Source of the DNA: Octopus vulgaris
Taxonomy: Eukaryota
Direction of reading: 5' to 3'
NCBI GenBank assembly: GCA_951406725.2
Contig: OX597835.1
Location: 25,358,001 to 25,422,000, forward strand
DNA: 64,000 bases
Shown here: positions 42,045-51,868 of the stretch, one piece after another
How positions within the stretch are numbered: the stretch's first letter is position 1
How the letters are laid out: every line of letters starts with the position of its first letter
Translations under genes and position numbers: made by a program
The notes under the pieces: model-generated
Told to the model about the DNA's origin: nothing
The model's input: the letters and a program-made list of their open reading frames with translations, nothing else
Databases searched by the model: none

Positions 42045-42352
42045 AGAAACAATTGAAGCAAAAATATATGTAATATGTGATGTGAACTGAAGATCGGTAT
42101 ATGACAAGTGGGTGGATGGTGTGTGTGTGTGTGTGAAACAATTGAAGTAAGGGTATATAGTGTGTGATGTAAACTGAAGACTGGTGCTTGACAGGGTGTA
42201 GATGGTGTGTGTGAAACAATTAAAGCAAGGGTTTATATGTGACGTAAACTGGAGTCTGGTTTATGACAAGGTAGTGGATTGCATATATGCGTATATATGT
42301 GAATCTGTTGAAGCAATCGTGTATTGTATACATACAATTAAAAGATGGGTAT

Positions 42353-42383
<31 letters not shown>

Positions 42384-42705
42384 ACAAAGGGTAAAATTAA
42401 TTAATTAAGAAGTAATCAATAATTTCACCAAGTAGAATTCGGCATGAAAAAAGGACCATTTCATGGTAAACTTAAGTAATACTTAATAATTAGGGTTCAG
42501 CAAAGATTTGCTTTACCACATACCGAAGTTGGCTGCTATAGCTAATGTTTTTTTGGCTGCTATTTCTAAACTTCGCTATGTGGTAAAGCAAATCTTTGCT
42601 GAACCCTAATTATTAAGCATATATATATATATAATGAAAACTGAGGACTGATATATGGCATGGTGAATAGTTTGTGTGTGTATGAAATAATTAATGTAAG
42701 GGTGG
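42045..42705. repeat. Old degenerate tandem repeat (about 75-90 bp unit, 3-4 copies), interrupted by fold-back 2
   Basis: Recurring gaaacaatt(g/a)aag...tgtga(t/c)gt(a/g)aactg(a/g)ag...tgaca(a/g)g...gatggtgtgtgt. Confidence 0.7.
42482..42617. repeat. Fold-back element 2 (49-bp arms, 1 mismatch, 38-nt spacer) between (TA)n tracts
   Basis: 42482-42530 versus 42569-42617. Confidence 0.95.
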
Positions 42706-43723
42706 TAATTATAACATCAACAACAAATGATGGCAAGATACTGATTAAAGAATGAATGTTTAGGAAGTGAACAGTGTGACATCTCTCAGATTACGTTGAC
42801 ATTGTGACTCATAGCTATGGGCATATTGGTAATCTATATTTGAACTTGAGGTATAATTAGTTATAATATTATTAGCATCGTGTGTGTGTGTGTGTGTATA
42901 TAAATAAGCATTGGAGTTAAAGAAAGTGGCGATTCTTTCTCTCACTCTTTCTCTATCTATCCCTCCATACACACATAACACTTGTTTTTTACTGTTTTCA
43001 ATCTTTGGGCTATGGTTGTGTTGGAGTACCACGTTGAAAAGTTTTTGTCAAATAGACAAATAGATCCCCCTGAGCCACCTTTCTTGAACTGCTTAGTTAA
43101 AATTTAAACAAACCAGTACCATTTGTCAAGTGGTTACACACACACACACACACACATGCATGCATATATATATATATACAGTGGGCTTCCACACAGTTGC
43201 TGTCTACCAGACTCATTGTGTGACTGAATCTGAAGCTGTCTGGTTGCAATTGCAAAGCAAGCTTCTTAACTATGCAGGCATACATGTGCATACACAGACA
43301 GTATGTATATAGTATTTTAATTATGTCTATGGTATATACTGAACTGGACTTTTCGTGCAAGCTCCTTTGGCTACCCCTTATGACATGCAGTGATATTGTG
43401 GGTCTTTTCTGAAATCCAGGCTACACACAGTATTAGAATAAGTATAATTAAAAAAATAATTATTAAAGTAAGGAAGGAGAAATTATTATAATTATTAAAA
43501 TATATAATTCAGTTTTGTCTGTGCAACAAACATTTAACGTCTGTACTTTGTACTCTTTCACTTGTTCCACAACTTATTTCAGTCTTGTACTTGTTTTATC
43601 AATCTCTATTGACTGGGTTAAAGTAACCTTTTGATATAAAAAGATGCAACCCAATGCACCATTGTATATCAGTGTGTATACATTTGTCCTTCAGAGCAAT
43701 GAGGACCATCCAGTCGGCTTTAA

Positions 43724-44152
43724 CCTTAGCATTCAGATTCCTCTGTCATATATAATGCTTATTTACTCACACTGAATTAACCCTTTTGTTACTGTATTTA
43801 TTTTGAGATGCTCTGTGTTTCTTTCAATTACTTTAAATATAACAAAGAATTTAGTAAAATAACTTAGTTATCATTAAGCTAGTGTTAGGAACATAAATGT
43901 GACTAAGGTTTGGTGGAAGATTTTAATTCAAAACTTATGAAAACAAGACATTTGTACTCAGAGCCAGAGGTGGTTTCAGTCGGGTTGGTAATGAAAGGGT
44001 TAATCCTGCATTATCTGATAGCTTTGAGATTTTGAAGGTGTGATTTGTTTTTAGAATGACATTGTAAGGTGTGTGAGAGGCTGGATCTGGCCAGTTTGGA
44101 TGTAAACCAGAAGAATATTTGGGCCTGATATGCTAGTTTAAATGCTAAAGGT
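43724..44152. mobile_element. piggyBac MITE family 2 (TIR CCCTTTAGCATT), host of the nested family-1 MITE
   Basis: ttaa-cc(c)ttagcattcagatt...aatgctaaagg-ttaa. The family sequence resumes after the insert. Confidence 0.8.
43781..43999. mobile_element. piggyBac MITE family 1, opposite orientation, nested in a family-2 MITE
   Basis: Reverse complement of 21673-21892. TTAA at 43777-43780 and 44000-44003. Confidence 0.9.
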
Positions 44153-45071
44153 TTAAGGATGACTGATGGCTTGCACTGAGGCTTTGTTTAAAGTGAAGAA
44201 GGGTTGTGTACCATCAACCTCACGCTTTCATCTGTGGCCATCTTCAATGCCAAGACTAGGTCAGGCAACTAGGGATGGAAGTGGGTGCAGTAGATGATCA
44301 ATATGACTTAATTACCTTGTCTTGCTCTCTGCACTCTACACTACTGCAGTTGCCTTCCCCTCCATTGAACCATGACGATCTCTTCCACAGTCTGCCAGAC
44401 CTAGTCTTCACATGCATAGGCAGGCAAGACTTAAAATGCCAATTAGCTATGGCTGAGATCCTGATAGCCGTTACTTCTCTAGGCCACATGCACACACTTT
44501 CTCACACATTTTATGGGCTTCTGCACATTTTCCATCTACCAAATTCCACTTAGGGGTGTTAGGTCAATCAGGGGCTACAGTAAAAGACACTTGCCCAATG
44601 AACCTCACAGTGTGATTGAACTCTGTACCATGAGATTGCAAAGTGAATTTCTTAACCAATTCAGCTATGCCTGCACTTGCTCTCGCTCTTTCTCTGAACA
44701 ATTCTTAATTGTAATGATTATCTAATCCTGTTACATTACATCATCTCAAATATGCTGATCTATTGTAAAATAATGCTCTACTCTGTCTTGTTTTGTGTTG
44801 TGTGAGTGATCATAGATAGATGTATTGAAAAGGAATAATTTCTATTGATTTGTCAGTTAAAAGATCTTGTTGTTTTGTGATTTGTTGCCTAACCACTTTG
44901 TGTGTGTGTAGGCACAGGTATGGCTGTGTGGTAAGAAGTTTGGCTTTCCAACCACATGATTTGGGGGTTCAGTCCCAGTGTGTAGTACTTTGGGGCAAGT
45001 GTCTCCTACTTAGCCTTAGGCCGACCAGTTTCATGGGTAGATTTGTTTGATGGGAACTGAAAGTGGTCCAT

Positions 45072-45117
<46 letters not shown>

Positions 45118-45163
45118 AGAGAGTTGGTGTGTGAAAGCACGTGGTTGGATGTATAAAAAATAA

Positions 45164-45325
45164 GAGTGAAAAAACTACAGAAGGCTTGTGTTATAAGGTT
45201 AAAGAATATATTTAAGTCGTTATGTCCAAAAACTGTTTTGGACAATTTTATAACAGTTTTCTAACATAACGACTTAAATATATTCTTTAACCTTCTAACA
45301 CAAGCCTTCTGTAGTTTTTTCACTC
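45164..45325. repeat. Fold-back element 3 (62-bp arms, 1 mismatch) between (TA)n tracts
   Basis: 45164-45225 versus 45264-45325. The stem extends imperfectly into the spacer (aaaactgtt/aacagtttt). Confidence 0.95.
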
Positions 45326-45335
45326 CTTTTTATGT

Positions 45336-45366
<31 letters not shown>

Positions 45367-45487
45367 CATGTGCTTACTCTCTCGCCTTCCCCCTCACTTT
45401 GTATGTGTGCTTTTCTTTTCTTTACTTTTTTTGCTGATTAACTGTTCAACAATAGATGTTGTTAACTTCAGTCAAGCTATCTATTAA

Positions 45488-46560
45488 CCCTTTTGTTACC
45501 AAACCGCCCGAAAAAAATTTTGGCTAATGTGACCAAACCGCCCAAACCCGCCCGTATTTACCTATTCATATTTAAATGAGAATATCAGAGCAAATCTCTT
45601 TAGTACATTCGTGAAAACACGTATTATACTTCGTAAACAGTTCAATTACAGTTTTGTACAATAATCGAAGTGTAATTTTAATTCCGTGAATTTTGGGAGA
45701 TTTTTTTCCTAAATTTGTTCCTATTGTGTTTTCAAAATTTGTAATTCTGACAAAAAATGGATACGAATTTCATTATATCAAGCAGCGAGTCTGAATTCGA
45801 AGGATTTTCTACTGAAGACCTTGATAAATCTAACTCTATGACTGAAAAAAAAAGCACGTGGTATTTGATAATGAATCTGATGTTTCATTTTCCGAAAGTG
45901 AAAACAGTGAATCCGAGAGCTCCGACAGTGATAAAGACAATGAATTGGCACCTGAATGGAGTGAAAATTTAAAAACTGTTTCTTTGTGATTTTTCTGAAG
46001 AAATTGGACCAAGCCACAGACTTTCCCAGAAGAGTAAAGCCTTAGACTATTTCTTTTTACGTTTTTGAATGAGCCTATTTGAAATCATTACGGCAGAAAT
46101 GAACCGTTGCGCTAAATGTAAACAAAGCGAAAGAAAGGATAGTTAGTGGTTTCCCATAACCTTAAATGAAATTAAGACTATTTTGCCATAAATATTATTA
46201 TGGGTATCAGAAAGTTACCCAGAATAACAAATTCTATCGTAAAATTTTGTTGTATACCCAATTGAATATTAGCTAATAACCCATTTTCTATAGCGATGTT
46301 TGAACAAAATTTTAATAATTTTATATTTTGTTGAATTTACCTGTATCTACCTGCAATTAGAGTCACTTTGTGACAAAAATTATAGTATAGAATTGGTTGA
46401 GAACATTTCATTAAATTATCTTCCAAAATTCACGTTAATATATTGATAAATAAAAAAGTTATAGTTGTTTAATGAAACCAGACTAAATTTATGATTATGT
46501 TAGAAATTAATTGAAACACATAAGGGGTGTATTTTGGTCAGAAATATAGTAACGAAAGGG
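45488..46560 (+). mobile_element. Internally deleted (non-autonomous) piggyBac DNA transposon
   Basis: TTAA at 45484-45487 and 46561-46564. TIRs CCCTTTTGTTAC...GTAACGAAAGGG. Subterminal accaaaccgccc repeats. Contains a transposase remnant. An empty-site copy of the flanks lies at 48510-48650. Confidence 0.93.
45757..46232 (+). pseudogene. Frameshifted N-terminal remnant of a piggyBac (PGBD-like) transposase
   Basis: Acidic leader MDTNFIISSSESEFEGFSTEDL.../...DNESDVSFSESENSESESSDSDKDNELAPEW, then ALDYFFLRF*MSLFEIITAEMNRCA...WFPITLNEIK/YFAINIIMGIRKLPRI. This matches the piggyBac pattern 'xxDYF..F...I..ETNxYA...W...T..EIKxFxGxxIxMGIxKLP'. It has stops and frameshifts and lacks the catalytic DDD domain. 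Confidence 0.88.
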
Positions 46561-47796
46561 TTAAATCTGTTGACAGAATTATTATACTTCATATCTTCAC
46601 ATCATGTTACGGTTATAAGCAAGTGTGTCATGCAAGCAGTTTCAAATCTTCCTGGAAAATCTGTCTGGCCATGGAGAAACATTACCTTGTTTGGAAATGA
46701 GGGTTGGTGACAGGAAAGGCACTTGGCCATAAAAAAAAAAAATTCATAAGCTAGAGTTTCCCTAATTCATACAGTCTCCTAATAAGATCTAGAACCACTA
46801 TAGTTGACAGATGAACAGTTAGTGATACTCTCTGCTGTATTCTATTTCAATATCATGTGATTTTGAGGATATATTTGCTGTCCATTCTCCCACAAGACAT
46901 TACAGTGCAGCTTTTTGCTTATGAATTAGAGATTTGCCAGCTCTGTCTGACGCCTGTGCGGGTGGCACGTAAAAAGCACCCACTACACTCACGGAGTGGT
47001 TGGCGTTAGGAAGGGCATCCAGCTGTAGAAACTCTGCCAGATCTGACTGGGCCTGATGAAGCCTTCTGGCTTCACAGACCCCAGTTGAACCGTCCAACCC
47101 ATGCTAGCATGGAAAACAGATGCTAAACGATGATGATGATGATGATTTAAAAAAAGTTTTTTTTTTCTAGTTTAATCTAGAGGAATTGGGGTTTGTGCCC
47201 TGACTCTCATAGGTCTTTTGGAACTACTAGGATCAGTGCCATCTTTATGTTCAGTTTAAATATCTGTAATTTAGTGTGGTAATGAGCTGATGCTCAAGAT
47301 GGAAGGAAGAATTGGGACAAAGGGATTAGTGCAAGGCCTAGGGTGGATGAATTAAAAAGGCTCCAGTGGAGGTATGTCAAAAGCTAGAGTGAAGCTGTTG
47401 TAGTAGTGACTATAAATAGATAGAGGTGAGCGGAGTATAATAATAGTTGTGTAGGGCAGTAGGGCAAACATTATGGCATGTTTGGTTGTTACCAGTTTGC
47501 TAATACGTTAGGTGGGCCATTTAAGGCGCTGAGCTGGCAGACTCATTAGCACACTGGCAAAATGCTTAGGGACATTTCTTTCATCTTCATATTGTGAGTA
47601 GTAATTCCACTGAGGTTGACTTTACCTTTCATCCTTCCGGGGTCAATAAAATAAGTACCACTGGGATCGATGTAATTGGCTTATGCCCTCTCCCGGAGTA
47701 ACTGGTCTTGTTCCAAAATTTGAAACCAATACAGTTTGGAATGGATATAAGTCGGAATTAATGATGGAAGCATGACATGAGCCTCATGTATTAATC

Positions 47797-47907
47797 TAGG
47801 CATGGGCAACGTTTTTTGAGAAGTAGGCCACATGAAACGAAGCTCACGGTAATTTTTCATTTGGCATGCAATTCACAGAGTCTCGAGTTGCAGTTTGCCC
47901 TTGACTA
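47797..47907. mobile_element. Possible decayed hAT-like MITE
   Basis: TAGGCATGGGCAA...TTGCCCTTGACTA imperfect TIR. TSD not clean. Confidence 0.35.
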
Positions 47908-48509
47908 TTAGTCACCGTGTGTATAGAAAATGTGTGATTGATATTTGCTGAAATTAGTCATAAAGCAAGATCACTCTATCCCTAACCTCATTTTCCATTG
48001 ACCTGAAATGCAGTGACCTGTATGCTTGGTCAAATAAAACCAATAACTATGAGAATATATTCGAGGCAATGTAAAACGTGCAGTAATTAATGTAATGCTT
48101 CTGTGTAAACAAATGATTTTAGCTAATCCTGTAAGAAGAGTTAAATATGTACAAGCTACTTTCACTTTCATACATCAAGACATGATAAATATGTTTTAAG
48201 CTAAGCTGTAAAAACCAAAAGGAAACAACTATAATATAACAACAAAAAAGCCCCCTTTTTATGTGTATTATGGCTTTACTACACATGTATTAGGAAATTA
48301 CAGTGGATATCATGATTGTTGTGCATCTATGTAACATCTGTTCTTGTTGCCTTGTGATTGATGGATTCTGCTGTTTCAATAAGAGAAAAATCAACATTTA
48401 TACAAACTCTGATGATATATATGAAAGATGCTTTCTCTGTTTTTGTTTTTATGCTGTAACATCAGCTTCAAATAGGTTATTAAAACGTCCTGTTATCTCT
48501 TAATGGTGT

Positions 48510-48650
48510 CTTACTCTCTCGCCTTCCCCCTCACTCTGTATGTGTGCTTTTCTTTTCTTTACTTTTTTTGCTGATTAACTGTTCAACAATAGATGTTGTT
48601 AACTTCAGTCAAGCTGTCTATTAAATCTGTTGACAGAATTATTATACTCC
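48510..48650 (+). repeat. Local duplicate of the piggyBac flanks (empty site)
   Basis: Nearly identical to 45373-45487 joined to 46565-46590, with a single TTAA at 48621-48624. Confidence 0.93.
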
Positions 48651-50763
48651 ATGTCTGAAATGCATAATCTTAGCTGTCATATGACTACACTACTGCTGAT
48701 AGAGGATCTCTGTGATTGTCTGGTGACACTAATTTTTAGAGACTCTGGCTGTTGATCATAAGACATTTAAATAAAACGACTTCTCGTCAAGTGCTTGACT
48801 ACTTCATCTTTTCATAATTATATTCCTTAATGAGATGATATTGCCTATGTGTTCTAATTCAACACAACCAAAGGTTTTGTAGGGCTTTAGAGAAATATTT
48901 GTAGCCCCCCCCCTGTAGCCCCCCCCTCCCCCTCCCCCCCTCTTGTGTGTGTGTGTGTGTTGATGTTTAGTCTCAGGTCAGACTGATAGGCCAGACCTAT
49001 GATCAGACATTCCAGCTGTGACTATCTTGTCTTTTTAGGAGGAATGTAGAACTGCATCATCTTAAAATAGAATGTGATTTGTGGTGGGATTTGATTGTCG
49101 TTTCTGCCATGTCAAACAGCCACCTGGTGGCTCTCTTGGTTGGCAAGTGTGTGTGTGTGTGTGTGTGTATTACGATGGTGTTATGAACTGTTGAAATCAT
49201 ATGTACTAACCGAATAGGAAACCTCTACAAACATTGGCACACAGTGTTCAAATAAATTTGTGTGTGTGTTTCTTTATTTGCTTAGCAATTCTTGAATCAT
49301 TTTACTTTTCACTAAGACATGCTGCAAGGGAAATAAACTCAAATGGACCAGCAGCCATGAATTTGGATAACTAAGTTAAAGGATGATGTATTGAATGTCA
49401 CACACACACACACCCGCGTGCGCGCACACACACAACTGATAACTGACATTTTCCTCTGAGTTGGAGAAAGGCAGTTGTAATCTAGTAGCAAAAGGCCCTT
49501 AATGTTGAGGTATTTGTATTTAGATAGATCCGTTCTGTTAGGGCTAACCTGGGGCTAAATAAGAATGACATTAACAATAAACACTTTAAAAATGGATTTA
49601 ATTTATGACTTCTAAGATTTAGCTTAGAAGCACCAGAGAGGATTTTAGCACTTACAGCACTTGGGTCTGATGGAATTTGAGGTGGATTTTCTGCAGCTGG
49701 ATGCTCTTCCTGTTGCAAGTCCTCATCTGTCCCCAAATGAGATATTTCTCCGATGATAAGACATGTTTCCGCTGGATATTGCTAACAGAAAACACTACTT
49801 GCATGATAACCATCATGCAGTACCAAAGCAAGGAGACAGTAACACACACATGACAACTTTCTCTGTCATGGTCAATGTGACAATCACACGCTACACACCT
49901 TCCTTCCCAGCACTGCTGTAAACAGCAGGAGTGAGCTACAACATTAAAACTTAGTGTGCATGCACAGCAGAGTTCAAATTCAATCTGTGCCTAGTGGCTC
50001 TACTCTGCGTGCTTTAGCTCTGTTGCTACGGCAACAGCCCAGATAGTTTTTGATCAGACCTCTTATAGTCGAATTGAATACTTTTAGTCAACATTAGTGC
50101 TTTTATTGCTATTTGCTTTCTATCTCTCGCTATTAATTGTCATCTAACATTATGCTTGATAGTAAGTTTTTTTTCTATTGTTCTAAAATTTCTAAAATTA
50201 GTTACTTTCTATTTCTGTTCCCAAGTGAGTTAATACCTCCCTATGGCCAGTCATGTATTCACAGGAAATTTGAAACGGCCATTGCTTACATGATGGTAAC
50301 ACTTGTGTACAACTGTCACCTGATGCCAAGGAGACAGTAGTAAATGCACACACGCGTGCATGTTCACACACATTGGTAATGTCGGATACTAGATGATTTG
50401 CATAATGTACCTTAGGCAACATTATCCAAAAAGTATAGAATCAGATCCGAAGGGCAATGCTAGAGAGCTAACAACAAAATTGTTAGTGAAGTTTTTTTTG
50501 TGGGAGCCTGCGCAAGGAGGAGATAGCAGAGGATGACAAACTAAGCCCTATATCAAGCAGATTAGTGATGAAGACATATATTCAGCAGGTCAGAGGGGTT
50601 GCAATTTGATGAATGAATTGGATGGCGACTGGAAGTCACTGGAACTGTACCAGTAGTGCAACTGGATGATGATGATGATGATAACGAGAAGAAATAATTG
50701 ACACACTGGACCAGCCACAGCTGGGACACCTTTCATTATAGGTATTCTCAGTTAGCCCATTAA

Positions 50764-50981
50764 CCCTTTAGTGTTCAGATTATTCTATCAAACATAATGC
50801 TTATTGATTCCCATTGATTTGAATTAATCCATGCATTATCTCATATCTTCAAGATCTTGATGGTGTAATTACTCATTGTAAAATAACATTGTAGGGTAGG
50901 TGTGAGAGCCTGGATCTGGTCAGTTTGAACATAAAACAGATTAACTATTTTGGCCGGATATGGCCAGTTTAAATACTAACT
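50764..50981. mobile_element. piggyBac MITE family 2, about 90 bp upstream of the B55 exon
   Basis: TTAA|CCCTTTAGTGTTCAGATTA..., full body, degenerate right TIR. Confidence 0.8.
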
Positions 50982-51072
50982 TTAACTTTAAGTTAGACGA
51001 CTGGTATGTTTTATTACTGATGTGGTGATGATGATAACAATAATAATAATCTCTTTTTCTTTCTTTTTGCAG

Positions 51073-51170
51073 CCGACATTATTTCATGTGTAGAGTTTAA
51101 TAGTGATGGAGAACTATTAGCCACTGGTGACAAAGGTGGACGGGTTGTCATTTTCCAACATGACAAATCT
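51073..51170 (+). CDS. PPP2R2: Internal coding exon of PP2A regulatory subunit B55 (B/PR55, WD40 repeat; Drosophila twins homologue)
   Basis: Polypyrimidine tract (ctctttttctttctttttgcag) precedes CC GAC ATT ATT TCA TGT GTA GAG TTT AAT ... CAT GAC AAA TCT, followed by gtaagt. Translation (A)[32 protein letters not shown] is the B55 signature motif. The exon is 98 nt with a phase 1 start and phase 0 end, matching the vertebrate PPP2R2 exon as I recall it. Confidence 0.96.
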
Positions 51171-51653
51171 GTAAGTACTTGTTCTTTTATCTTTTCAGTC
51201 ATTTTATTTCGTGTAATTTATTTTTTGTACATTTGTATTTAATTGTACTTGTAGTTGCTAGCTAATTAAGCATGATGCTCATAATTTAATTTTTTTGATA
51301 TTCTTGCATTATTTTTAATAACATTTTAGATTTTCATAGGGATTGTGTAAGGTTAAGCTAATAGAAGAGTAGGTGTCAGAGCCATGCAAACCTGCTCAGA
51401 TGGTTCTGACTGGTACCAAATGAATTTCCCAAAAGCATCAGTGTAGACATGGAGTAACTGCATCCAGATTGTATCTAGATAGGATATTTTTTTTAGGTGA
51501 GCTGATATAGTGTAGGTGTCCACTGTCTTGACCAGCTTTCTATATGGGCTACAAATCTGTAACTACACAAGGTGACTTTGAAAGAACACGGGTAGGGACT
51601 CATGGCTAATGTACCTGGAAGGGCTGTAGATAGACACTTCCTTCTTTGGTTAA

Positions 51654-51868
51654 CCCTTTAGTATTCAAATAGATCGTATCTGGCCCACATATTGTACCTG
51701 TTTTCTGTTCAAACTGGCCAGATATATCCTTTCACACCGACTCTACAATGTTCTAAAAATATACAATCACGTCATCGAAATCTCAAAGCTAAGAGCTAAG
51801 GCATGATTAATTGGAAACAATGTAAATAAATAGGTATTACATTCCATAGTAATCTGAATACTAGAGGG
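51654..51868. mobile_element. piggyBac MITE family 2, inverted relative to the 50764 copy, downstream of the B55 exon
   Basis: TTAA|CCCTTTAGTATT...AATCTGAATACTAGAGGG, collinear with the reverse complement of 50764-50981. Confidence 0.8.

Noticed and set aside
47054-47078. CTGATGA followed by a hairpin (hammerhead candidate)
   Set aside because: There is no GAAA after the stem, and it is a variant within a family-C retroposon.
51014-51202. 62-aa ORF on the - strand
   Set aside because: It is the antisense shadow of the B55 exon.
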